Made by a program: the position numbers and the translations under genes. 64,000 nucleotides of DNA from Candidatus Bathyarchaeota archaeon (lineage in GTDB: Archaea; Thermoproteota; Bathyarchaeia; Bathyarchaeales; Bathycorpusculaceae). The DNA is taken from positions 224,001-288,000 of the forward strand of contig CAWABA010000006.1 in assembly GCA_963780185.1 (NCBI GenBank), written 5' to 3'. This document shows positions 20,121 through 29,582 of this stretch, piece after piece (the first letter of the stretch is position 1; the number at the start of each line of letters is the position of its first letter). The notes under the pieces are model-generated. The model did no database searches. It worked only from the letters and a program-made list of their open reading frames with translations, and had not been told where the DNA came from.

Positions 20121-21749
20121 TTAGCCTTTTTTGGTTTTTCTTTTTCTAACGTAAGCCAGGGTTACCGCAATAATCACAATAACTATCGCTGCAATTGTGA
20201 CGATTAGGGCTTCGATTGAACTTAGCAATTTGGATGAGGCGATAGCTGAAGGTTTTGTTGTGGGCGTCTGGGTTACGCCTGGAGCTGACGTTGAGGTCGG
20301 GGTTGATGTCGTCGTTGGTGCTACAGTTGTGGATTGACATGGAAATGAAGATATCGCTGATCCAGAGGAGGGCGTGGGAGCGGCGGAGGCGGAGGGGCTC
20401 AGGGTTGGTGTGGGTATTGGGCTTAATGCATCTGCGGTTACGTTGGTTACCACTTGATTTCTGTATATAGCCCAGCCTACTGGGAACGTTATCGTCCTCA
20501 TTATTTGTCCAGCAGAGTTTACGTCGATCAAAGCAGCGCCTAAATTGACGAAGTTCCAAGGCTGGTTTTCCGTGAACTGGTGGGTTGGAGTTCCGAAGTC
20601 GCCTATCCAATCTCCATTGGGCAATAGGTCAGTTGCCCCTAAGTATGATGAGTAGTATTGTTGAGGTGCAGTCCAACTTCGAATTATTGTGGCTGTCATG
20701 GTTTTTTCGTTTAGCGTAAACTCTATCATCTGGCTGTTTGCGTCATTGTAGTTGGTCACATTGTCAAAGTCATCGTTAAACATGGTGAAAACATCAGGCG
20801 CAACCTGCTCAAGGTCGTGGCTGTGATAAAATAGGCTTTGTCCGTTTGGAAGCACGGAACCGTTAGCATCGACAAGTGTAAAGTTGCCGAATTGTCCGCA
20901 ACCCCAAATGATGTTGCCGGTTGTCTGGTCGATTTTGTAGAAGGTGTTGGTGTTCCGAACATTTAGGTAGATGACGTTGTTGTTGTAGTCCCATAAAAGA
21001 GCGTTAGTATGAGTGAAATCTATAACGGGCTGCCCATTGTACGTTGATGTGTTATTGAAAGGATCGGCGTCGCTAAGAGGCAAGTAATTGTAGGCATCCC
21101 ATGTCCAAAGAACGTTGCCTTGAGCATTGACCTCCAGGATTTTGTCTATTAAATAGAAGTTGTTTCCAACTTGCCTCACATAATCCTGCAATGTGAGAAA
21201 CGTGTTGTTGATCGGGTTATAGTCGACGTCGTGATGTGAAATAACGTTTGGAAAATTTTGAGTTGTGTTCGATGCGACATTCCAGATGTTTGTTCCCCAA
21301 TTTGGCGCGATTGGTGCCCCACTGCTTAACTGCGGCTCACCTTCAAACAGAAAAGTATTCTGTGCTAAGTTTTTTACAACGCCGTATCCGCCGGTTGAGG
21401 TGCGAAGATCCAGCAAAGTGCCGTTTGTATCCATTATAACCAGATAGTTGACCCCGTTAGGTCCTGACAGACCAAAGGCTATCGGTCCATCCCAAGCGTT
21501 ACCATACGTGTCAATCGTATAGGGCAACGCCGAATTTTGGTCGGGTAAGATTTCAACTACGTTTTTCTGGGCTTTGAAGACTCCGCTTGCAAGAACAAGA
21601 ATCACGACAAGTATTATGCTTGCCAGAAGCAGTAAAGATTTATTTTTTCTCAAAATGGAGTACACCTGCTCTGATAAACTAATTAAGCGGTTCCTTTTAC
21701 GCTTTTCCTTTGGGCAAACGCGCGAAGGGTATGTAGTTTGTTGCATCAC
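20121..21749 (-). CDS. Aryl-sulfate sulfotransferase family protein, membrane anchored
   Basis: SHHD, DFTHTNA, YHSHD, G.TDLLPNG and IYR motifs of the ASST propeller; Pro/Thr linker and TM tail. Confidence 0.75.
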   Translation of the reverse strand: MMQQTTYPSRVCPKEKRKRNRLISLSEQVYSILRKNKSLLLLASIILVVILVLASGVFKAQKNVVEILPDQNSALPYTIDTYGNAWDGPIAFGLSGPNGVNYLVIMDTNGTLLDLRTSTGGYGVVKNLAQNTFLFEGEPQLSSGAPIAPNWGTNIWNVASNTTQNFPNVISHHDVDYNPINNTFLTLQDYVRQVGNNFYLIDKILEVNAQGNVLWTWDAYNYLPLSDADPFNNTSTYNGQPVIDFTHTNALLWDYNNNVIYLNVRNTNTFYKIDQTTGNIIWGCGQFGNFTLVDANGSVLPNGQSLFYHSHDLEQVAPDVFTMFNDDFDNVTNYNDANSQMIEFTLNEKTMTATIIRSWTAPQQYYSSYLGATDLLPNGDWIGDFGTPTHQFTENQPWNFVNLGAALIDVNSAGQIMRTITFPVGWAIYRNQVVTNVTADALSPIPTPTLSPSASAAPTPSSGSAISSFPCQSTTVAPTTTSTPTSTSAPGVTQTPTTKPSAIASSKLLSSIEALIVTIAAIVIVIIAVTLAYVRKRKTKKG

Positions 21750-21901
21750 CCATTTGGCGCTTAATCGAATGCTGGCTCTGTTGTGGTCTAAAGGAACCCT
21801 AGCTGGGAATTGCCTTGTTTACCGCCGACTTTATAAAATGCTTTTGTCTTAACTCAAGAGGCTTTCGTATGGCTATTTTTGGGGGCGTAGGTAGGTAAGC
21901 T

Positions 21902-23557
21902 ATGAAATTGAAGATTACAGCGGTTTTGCTAATTCTGGCTCTTTTTTTGATTTCAGGCGTCACAGCACCCATTCATTTTTCGAGTGAGCAAACACAAAAA
22001 ATTCAGCATTTAATATTTATCGTTCAAGAAAACCACTCCTTTGACAATTACTTTGGAACCTTTCCAGGCGCCAACGGCATTGTTGCTGGTACTTCTCTTC
22101 CACTTGAAACCAATGATACAACTCTTGGATACGTTCAGTCATACCATCTCAACCCGACGACTCCTGTTTCAATAGTGGGCGATGAGTTGCCGCCTGGAGT
22201 CTCTGACCCCGATGATCTTCCCATGCAAGCCACTGATTCAACCTCACCTTACCATTTGACTGATCAATCAACCGACAATTTGAGCCACGCAGCCGCCGTA
22301 GCCCGGGAAGCTTGGGACAACGGCAAAATGGACGGTTTCGTTCAAGCCGAGGGAAATACTCTGACAATGGGGTACTACAATGGAAGCGACATACCCTACT
22401 ACTGGGACTACGCAAAGCAGTATGTTCTGGACGACTCCTTCTTCTCTTCAGAAATGGGTCCCAGCCTTCCAAACCACCTGTACATTGCTTCAGGAACCGA
22501 TGGCCCAGTTAACTCGACTGCAAGTTGGGTTTCGAACGGCGACGTGACAGAAAATCCGCCTAAAACAGACTTACCCGGCGGCGACTTTCTAGTGGACTGG
22601 CCAGGTGTGTCTTTGTCTTGGGCGACTTTGGCTCAGGAACTCACCGCCGCAAACGTGACTTGGAACTGGTATGATGGAAACGTAGATCCGCTCGCCGCAA
22701 CCTTCTGGGATCCTCTTCCTCTATTCAGTTACTTCCAAGACAACCCCGATCAGCTTACGGCTCACGTGAAAAACACGCAGGTTTTCGTGGACGATGTCAA
22801 CAATGGTAGTTTGCCCGCGGTGTCATGGATTATGCCTGGGGCTTGGCAGCCTCCCACTATGCCAGCGGTTTTTGCGGGGCAATCCGTCAGTGAACATCCG
22901 CCTGCGCGTCCTGACTGTGGAATGGATTACGTCTCTTACCTCATTAATCAAGTAATGGCTAGCCCATACTGGCAGTCAACGGCGATTGTTCTGACGTGGG
23001 ACGATTACGGTGGCTTCTACGACCACGTGGCTCCTCCGCAAATTGATAGTAGTGGTTTAGGCTTCAGAGTGCCAACGATAGTTATCTCTCCATGGGCAAA
23101 GCATGGCTACATCGATCACACGCAATATGAGTTTTCATCGATGCTTGCACTCGCCGAACACACCTTCAACGTGCCAAGCCTACACACGAGAGACGCCATC
23201 TCCAACGACATGAACGACTCCTTTGACTTCAACCAGTCACCTCAATCCACACTTATCGAACCAGCCAACTTTGTCGCTTCAAGTTCTGTTGTCACTCCGA
23301 CGCCAACGCCGTTTTATCATCCAACCTACCCGCCTACCACCTCTCCAACCCCGACAAACACGCCGAGTCCAACTCCCACTCCAAAAAGTTCGCCTTCACC
23401 CGCAATAACACCTTCAAACTCCCCGACTCCAAAACCACCGGCATCCAGCGAAAACCTTGAGATAGCCGCCGCGACAGTTCTTGTCGTAGTGGTTCTGTCA
23501 GTGTTGATTCTTTTGTTGGCTAGAAAACGCTTGGTTCGCTGGCGTAAGAGTGCCTGA
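21902..23557 (+). CDS. Secreted phosphoesterase (phospholipase C/AcpA family), membrane anchored
   Basis: [39 protein letters not shown]. Confidence 0.9.
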   Translation: MKLKITAVLLILALFLISGVTAPIHFSSEQTQKIQHLIFIVQENHSFDNYFGTFPGANGIVAGTSLPLETNDTTLGYVQSYHLNPTTPVSIVGDELPPGVSDPDDLPMQATDSTSPYHLTDQSTDNLSHAAAVAREAWDNGKMDGFVQAEGNTLTMGYYNGSDIPYYWDYAKQYVLDDSFFSSEMGPSLPNHLYIASGTDGPVNSTASWVSNGDVTENPPKTDLPGGDFLVDWPGVSLSWATLAQELTAANVTWNWYDGNVDPLAATFWDPLPLFSYFQDNPDQLTAHVKNTQVFVDDVNNGSLPAVSWIMPGAWQPPTMPAVFAGQSVSEHPPARPDCGMDYVSYLINQVMASPYWQSTAIVLTWDDYGGFYDHVAPPQIDSSGLGFRVPTIVISPWAKHGYIDHTQYEFSSMLALAEHTFNVPSLHTRDAISNDMNDSFDFNQSPQSTLIEPANFVASSSVVTPTPTPFYHPTYPPTTSPTPTNTPSPTPTPKSSPSPAITPSNSPTPKPPASSENLEIAAATVLVVVVLSVLILLLARKRLVRWRKSA

Positions 23558-23634
23558 CCAATAATTGTTATTGCGATAGGCAAAGTAAAGTTTTTTTAGC
23601 GATGAAGCTCCTTGTTATTGCTTGATTTACAAAA

Positions 23635-24540
23635 ATGAGAATGCCCAAAGTTTCTGCGGTTGTCTGCATCATTGCGATAATCCTGATTAGTTTCTATTCC
23701 GCTTTCACAATAAACCATGTCATTGTGTCGAACGCTCCGCCACATGTCGTGTTCACTCTTGGGACTGCCCACCGAGACGTGACTTATGCCAACTCACAAA
23801 CGATGGACATCTATATCCCTAATGGGACTGTCACGCATCCGCTTCCCCTTGCAATCTTTGTTCACGGTGGAGGGATGACTTCCGGTGACAAAGCAGATAT
23901 CAACCCAACCTTTCTCGATGCGCTAGCTTCAGCGGGATATGTGGTTGCAAGCGTGAATTATCGCCTTGCTCCACAGTACAAGTTCCCAACTCAAATCGAG
24001 GATTTGAAGTGCGCAATCAGGTACCTCCGTGCCAATGCGCAGATCTACGGCGTTAACGGAAGCGAGATATTCCTATTTGGCACAAGTGCCGGAGGAGAGC
24101 TTTCGGCAATCGCGGCTTTTACAGGTGCACACTCAGAATTCGATGTAGGACTCTACTTAAACGAGTCGAGTAGCGTAACTGCTGCTGTAGACATGTTTGG
24201 CCCCGCTAACCTGACTAGTTATGCCTCTTACTCAACCCCTCAGAAAGTCTTCGGCGACAATCAGAGCAAATTGGTGATAGCTAGCCCCACGTACTACGTC
24301 CATGCAAACTCTCCGCCCATTCTGATCATTCAGGGCGTTAAGGACAAGACAGTGCCCGAGTCGCAGTCGGTTGAGCTATATTCCGACCTTGCCGCAGCTG
24401 GGGACCAAACCCAACTTATCTTGGTTCAGAATATGGGGCATATGTTCATTCAGGTCGGTTCAGAGCCAATTGCCCCAAGTCTTACGCAGATTGCACAGGA
24501 TATGGTGAGCTTCTTCGAAAAATACGGAGTGGGCGGTTAA
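23635..24540 (+). CDS. Secreted alpha/beta-hydrolase esterase (HSL-like)
   Basis: HGGG, VNYRLAP, GTSAGG nucleophile elbow, D and H of triad. Confidence 0.88.
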   Translation: MRMPKVSAVVCIIAIILISFYSAFTINHVIVSNAPPHVVFTLGTAHRDVTYANSQTMDIYIPNGTVTHPLPLAIFVHGGGMTSGDKADINPTFLDALASAGYVVASVNYRLAPQYKFPTQIEDLKCAIRYLRANAQIYGVNGSEIFLFGTSAGGELSAIAAFTGAHSEFDVGLYLNESSSVTAAVDMFGPANLTSYASYSTPQKVFGDNQSKLVIASPTYYVHANSPPILIIQGVKDKTVPESQSVELYSDLAAAGDQTQLILVQNMGHMFIQVGSEPIAPSLTQIAQDMVSFFEKYGVGG

Positions 24541-25176
24541 ATGGTTGCCGTATCATCAAAAAGTTTTAAATCTAATCTGAAGACTTCATCGAAGGCTTGG
24601 CGTGCAGTAGTTACGGGCTATTCAACGGCGGCGGTGGCATTGGTCGCGTTCCTCACGATTAACGGCGTGTCCGGGATTTCTACGGCGGCTACAATCGGAA
24701 CAGGAATCTTGGTTGCAATCGGGCTCCTGCTTCCGATAGCAGGAATGTTGCAGTTGAGAAGGAGCCTGGACTCAAAAAGAAGTGCTGGAAGATACGGCTT
24801 TGCCATGCAGGCGTTTGGATTGCTTGGTCTCTTGTTTGCGGTTGTCCTAGTTGTGGTCTTCTCTTCACTTACAGGCTACCTACTCAGTGCCCTCTTTGTT
24901 ACAACAGCAGGTGTGTCAGCGATTGCAGGTGCAGTTCTTCTGCGGGGGCACTTCGTCAGCGCCTTTGCATCGAACATTAGAGTTGCCTCGTGCCTGATTT
25001 TTGGAACGGCGCTGATATTCTCAGGTATGGAATTAATCGTGGGATCGAACATAGCGTTTGAGTACTTTTTGTCTCAGATGCAAAATACAATCTACGTAGA
25101 CATAGGTGCGGCGGTCTCAGCTTGCGGGTGCGTTCTCACAGCATATTCATTCTTCGTTCTTTATAACCGCCGCTGA
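24541..25176 (+). CDS. Multi-pass (about 6 TM) membrane protein
   Basis: Hydrophobic helices; starts immediately after the esterase stop. Confidence 0.7.
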   Translation: MVAVSSKSFKSNLKTSSKAWRAVVTGYSTAAVALVAFLTINGVSGISTAATIGTGILVAIGLLLPIAGMLQLRRSLDSKRSAGRYGFAMQAFGLLGLLFAVVLVVVFSSLTGYLLSALFVTTAGVSAIAGAVLLRGHFVSAFASNIRVASCLIFGTALIFSGMELIVGSNIAFEYFLSQMQNTIYVDIGAAVSACGCVLTAYSFFVLYNRR

Positions 25177-25281
25177 TCATCACCATTTTTCTATATGAAA
25201 TCTGAGTATGAAAGATAAATGGTGCACGGCGGCAACTTTTTATTACCGCTACATCGAGTAGAATGCAAAGAGCTGCAATAA

Positions 25282-25593
25282 TTGACGAAAAAATCAAGCG
25301 ACGACCCTTTAAAGTTGGGAAATGTTTCGAAACGGTTCAACTTGTCAAGCAGGCGCGCGAAAGGCAATATTGCACGGGATTGTTTTGCTTTTGACCAAGC
25401 TATGCAGGGGCATGACTGCACCAAGATTCGAGAAGGCGGAGATTTTATTGTTCAGAAGAAGGATTTTTTCGGAAACAAGGTCGGTGAACCCACAATTGTT
25501 GAAGTTAAGACGGGTAACTCGCCGTTGTCTGAGGCGCAGGAAAAGAGGCAGCGGCAACTGGGAAGAAGACGCTACAAAATCGCCAGGTATTAG
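25282..25593 (+). CDS. Small PD-(D/E)xK nuclease-fold protein
   Basis: GGDFIV...IVEVKTG..PLSEAQ pattern. Confidence 0.6.
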   Translation: MTKKSSDDPLKLGNVSKRFNLSSRRAKGNIARDCFAFDQAMQGHDCTKIREGGDFIVQKKDFFGNKVGEPTIVEVKTGNSPLSEAQEKRQRQLGRRRYKIARY

Positions 25594-26212
25594 TTATCCT
25601 GCCTGATGCTTTGGCGGCTGGGTTTTTGTTTTGGGTCTCGGAGTCCGTTACAGCTGCAAAGAAATCAACTTTAACGTTCATAATACTTTCTTGATTTAGC
25701 AACTGCGCCCATATCCGACAATAACTTCAACATAGCCTCAACATACAAAGTCGCAACCCGCCCATCCTGCAACATAGAACACGACCAGACACGACCAGAA
25801 CTACAAGCGATTCAAGCTCCAAACCAAAAAAGCAACAAGGGAAACAACCAGAAAAAAGTCTCAACTTTCCACAGGACAAAAGTCTCAACTTAAAAATCAC
25901 TTCAGAAAACCTGTTTTCTCAAGTTTACACTCTGACAAAAACCAATTTCAGGTTACACTTTGTTTCTTACGCAACGGCAAGTCGGAAAACTTTTTTAGTG
26001 CGAAGGCTCTATGAAACTTTAGCGCTCCTTCGTTTTAGGCTCAATACACACGGTAAGGTTTATTAGTATGCTGCGTAGCATGTCTTTGTGCCTTTAGAAA
26101 AGTTAGGAGAACCCTTTTTCAAGTTGGATAATCCCCGTAGCTTTGGAGTTGAAAGCTTGAACAGAACTGTCCTAACGATTCATAATTTAAGGTTATTGGG
26201 AGAAGTGTTGAG

Positions 26213-29200
26213 TTGACCGCTACCATCCAGAAAGAAGATATCCATGATTTATTAAAAACGTTTTTCAAAGAAAAAGGCCTTGTTAGGCAGCATCTTGACA
26301 GCTACAACGAATTCATCGACCACGGCTTACAAGAAGTCACAGATGAAGTCGCTGAAATCCCCATCGAAGTCCCCGAAAGCCCCTACAAGGTAAAACTTGG
26401 GCAAATCTGGGTAATTGACCCCCAATCAAGAATAACCGGTCCATACGTCACCGAAGTAGACGGGACAAAACATGAAATTTACCCTATGGAAGCACGCCTG
26501 AGAAACTTGGCTTATTCTGCTCCAATTGCCTTGGAGATGACTCCAGTTATTGACGGCAGAGAACAGGACACCGAGCTGGTTTACATCGGCAACATCCCTG
26601 TCATGCTGAAATCGAAACTTTGCTTCTTATCTCAGCTTTCCAAGGAAGAACTCATCGCGGCAGGAGAAGACCCAGACGATCAAGGCGGATACTTCATCGT
26701 CAACGGCTCCGAACGCGTAATCGTCGCCATGGAAGACCTCGCACCTAACCGCGTAATAGTAGACATAGACGAAAAAGGCACATCACCTGTTTACCAAGCA
26801 AAAATCTTCTCAACCACCGTCGGCTTCCGAGCAAGAATCGAACTTAAACTCAAGTCAGACGACGCAATCTACGTCACCATGCCCGGAGTACCCACCGAAA
26901 TCCCATTCGTAGTCATCATGCGCGCACTCAGCCTAGAAAAAGACAAAGAAATCGCAGAAGCAGTTTCTCTTGACAGCGAAATGCAAAGCCAACTTGCCGC
27001 TTCATTCGAAAAAGCCATCGGCGTCGACACACCAGCAGACGCAGTTCTATTCATCGGCAACCGCGTCGCACACGGACAAGTTGAAGAGTACAGGCTGCAA
27101 AAAGCAGAAACAGCCCTTGACAAAAACTTTTTACCCCATCTTGGCAGAAGCGAAAAGAACCGCAAGGAAAAAGCAATTTTCCTCGGCGAAATGGCTTACC
27201 GCGTTCTCCAATTGAAAACTGGGAAGAGGCAACCTGACGACAAAGACCACTTCAAAAACAAGCGACTGCGACTCGGCGGCCCACTTCTCGCAGACCTTTT
27301 CCGTGTTTCATTCCGAAACTTAACAAGAGACATAAAGTATCAGCTTGAACGCATAGGCGTTAAAGGACCAATCATAACCGTTTCAGCTGCCGTTCGCCCA
27401 GGAATAATTACAGAACGATTCCAGCATGCCTTAGCAACAGGCAACTGGGGACGAGGCAGAGTAGGCATCACCCAGCTTCTTGACCGAACAAACTACATTT
27501 CAACTCTAAGTCACCTACGCAGACTCCAGTCACCTCTAAGCAGAAGCCAACCTAACTTCGAAGCCAGAGACTTACACCCAACCCATTGGGGACGCCTCTG
27601 TCCAAACGAAACGCCTGAAGGCTCTAACTGCGGTCTTGTCAAAAACTTGGCTCTGTCAGCCTCAATCGCCGTCGGCGTGAATCCAGATAGAGTTAGGCAG
27701 TTGCTTTTCGAAATGGGCACTGTTCCAGCCGGAGAAGCCTCCAATGAACTGCGCATTTCAGGCGCCAAAGTTTTCGTTGACGGAAACATCATCGGCTACT
27801 GCAATAATGCATCTGAGATTGTGAAGTCTTTCCGCGAGAAAAGAAGAACAGGTGAAATCTCAACTGAAGCCAACGTAACATACTTCACGAAGATGATGAC
27901 TGAAAACGAAGAATTGCACGCTAACTGCGACGAAGGCAGAGTTCGGCGCCCACTCATAATCGTTGAGAACGGGATTTCGAAACTTCAGCCTAAGCATATG
28001 GAGAAAATCAGTTTAGGCGAATGGACTTGGGAAGACCTTGTCAAGAACGGGTTAATCGAGTATTTGGATGCTGAAGAAGAAGAAAACGCTTACATAGCAT
28101 TAACCTTTGACCAGATTCAACCTGACAACACCCACGTGGAAATAGCAACCTACACAATTCTAGGCATATGCGCCTCGACAATTCCGTACCCAGAACACAA
28201 CCAGTCACCACGTAACTCGTATCAAGCAGCCATGGCTAAGCAGGCATTAGGAGTTTACGGCACTAACTTCCACCACCGTGTCGACTCACGTTCACACATA
28301 CTTCATTACCCACAGGTTCCCATGGTTGAAACTGAACTAATGGAAGTCATGGGTTACAAGCAGCGGCCAACAGGGCAAAACTGCATCGTCGCCGTGCTGA
28401 GCTTCGAAGGCTACAACATGGAAGACGCCTTAATCTTCAACAAAGCATCCATCGAGAGAGGCTTAGCCAGATCCACATTCTACCGCATATACGAAGCTGA
28501 ATGCCGCCAGTACCTCGGAGGCTTAAAAGACAAATTCACGGTTCCCGAACCAGGAACCCGAGGATACCGCGGAGAACAATATTATCGGCTTCTGGAGCCC
28601 GACGGGATAATCGGCCTTGAATCAACGGTTGTCGGCGGAGACGTACTTATTGGAAGAATTAGCCCTCCAAGATTCCTTGAAGAATACAAGGAATTCGAAG
28701 TTAAAGGTCCATCAATGCGTGACACATCCGTTGACATGCGTCCCTCAGAAACAGGAATCGTGGACGGCATATTCATAACTATGTCTGGCGAAGGCAGCCA
28801 ACTTGTCAAAGTAAGAGTCCGCGACCAACGTGTCCCCGAACTTGGAGACAAATTCGCGTCACGACACGGACAGAAAGGAGTCATCGGCTTAATCGTTCCA
28901 CAAGAAGACTTGCCCTTCAGCGACGGCGGCATCACTCCAGACCTCATAATCAACCCACACGCAATCCCCTCAAGAATGACCATCGGACAATTCATCGAAT
29001 CACTCGCAGGAAAAGCCGCATCAGCAAGAGGCAGACCCGCAGACGGCACCCCATTCAGCAACGAAGGACCCGACGAAATACGCAAGAGTCTCATAAAATT
29101 GGGCTTCAGCCATACAGGTGGCGAAACCTTCTACAGTGGCACAACCGGCGAGAAATTCGTCGCAGACGTCTTCGTAGGCGTAGTCTACTACCAGAAACTT

Positions 29201-29581
29201 CACCACATGGTCGCTGACAAGATACATGCCAGAGCACGAGGTCAAGTCCAGATGCTTACAAGGCAGCCAACTGAAGGCAGAGCAAGAGGCGGAGGCTTAA
29301 GATTCGGAGAAATGGAGCGAGACTGCCTCATCGGACACGGCGCTGCCATGCTGCTAAGAGACAGGCTGCTGGAGGAATCCGACAAGTACACGCTTTACAT
29401 ATGTGAGAACTGCGGGCAAATCGCTTACTTCGACATGAAGCAGAGGCGTTATGTTTGCAGGATATGCGACGAGAAAGCAAAGATTTCGCCAGTTATCGTT
29501 TCGTACGCTTTCAAGCTTCTTTTGCAGGAGCTTCAAAGCTTGTGTATTACGCCTAAACTCAGGCTTAAGGAGAAAGCATAA
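26213..29581 (+). CDS. rpoB: DNA-directed RNA polymerase subunit B (Rpo2), unsplit
   Basis: GGYFIVNGSER, CPNETPEG, GDKFASRHGQKG, GGLRFGEME, C-terminal zinc finger. Confidence 0.98.
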   Translation: MTATIQKEDIHDLLKTFFKEKGLVRQHLDSYNEFIDHGLQEVTDEVAEIPIEVPESPYKVKLGQIWVIDPQSRITGPYVTEVDGTKHEIYPMEARLRNLAYSAPIALEMTPVIDGREQDTELVYIGNIPVMLKSKLCFLSQLSKEELIAAGEDPDDQGGYFIVNGSERVIVAMEDLAPNRVIVDIDEKGTSPVYQAKIFSTTVGFRARIELKLKSDDAIYVTMPGVPTEIPFVVIMRALSLEKDKEIAEAVSLDSEMQSQLAASFEKAIGVDTPADAVLFIGNRVAHGQVEEYRLQKAETALDKNFLPHLGRSEKNRKEKAIFLGEMAYRVLQLKTGKRQPDDKDHFKNKRLRLGGPLLADLFRVSFRNLTRDIKYQLERIGVKGPIITVSAAVRPGIITERFQHALATGNWGRGRVGITQLLDRTNYISTLSHLRRLQSPLSRSQPNFEARDLHPTHWGRLCPNETPEGSNCGLVKNLALSASIAVGVNPDRVRQLLFEMGTVPAGEASNELRISGAKVFVDGNIIGYCNNASEIVKSFREKRRTGEISTEANVTYFTKMMTENEELHANCDEGRVRRPLIIVENGISKLQPKHMEKISLGEWTWEDLVKNGLIEYLDAEEEENAYIALTFDQIQPDNTHVEIATYTILGICASTIPYPEHNQSPRNSYQAAMAKQALGVYGTNFHHRVDSRSHILHYPQVPMVETELMEVMGYKQRPTGQNCIVAVLSFEGYNMEDALIFNKASIERGLARSTFYRIYEAECRQYLGGLKDKFTVPEPGTRGYRGEQYYRLLEPDGIIGLESTVVGGDVLIGRISPPRFLEEYKEFEVKGPSMRDTSVDMRPSETGIVDGIFITMSGEGSQLVKVRVRDQRVPELGDKFASRHGQKGVIGLIVPQEDLPFSDGGITPDLIINPHAIPSRMTIGQFIESLAGKAASARGRPADGTPFSNEGPDEIRKSLIKLGFSHTGGETFYSGTTGEKFVADVFVGVVYYQKLHHMVADKIHARARGQVQMLTRQPTEGRARGGGLRFGEMERDCLIGHGAAMLLRDRLLEESDKYTLYICENCGQIAYFDMKQRRYVCRICDEKAKISPVIVSYAFKLLLQELQSLCITPKLRLKEKA

Positions 29582-29582
29582 C

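Noticed and set aside
25860-25885. TTCCACAGGA resembling an ORB origin element
   Set aside because: Single weak match, no G-string, no cdc6/orc1 in the window
29451-29582. Extension of Rpo1 overlapping rpoB
   Set aside because: ATG 29583 just after the rpoB stop is the plausible start
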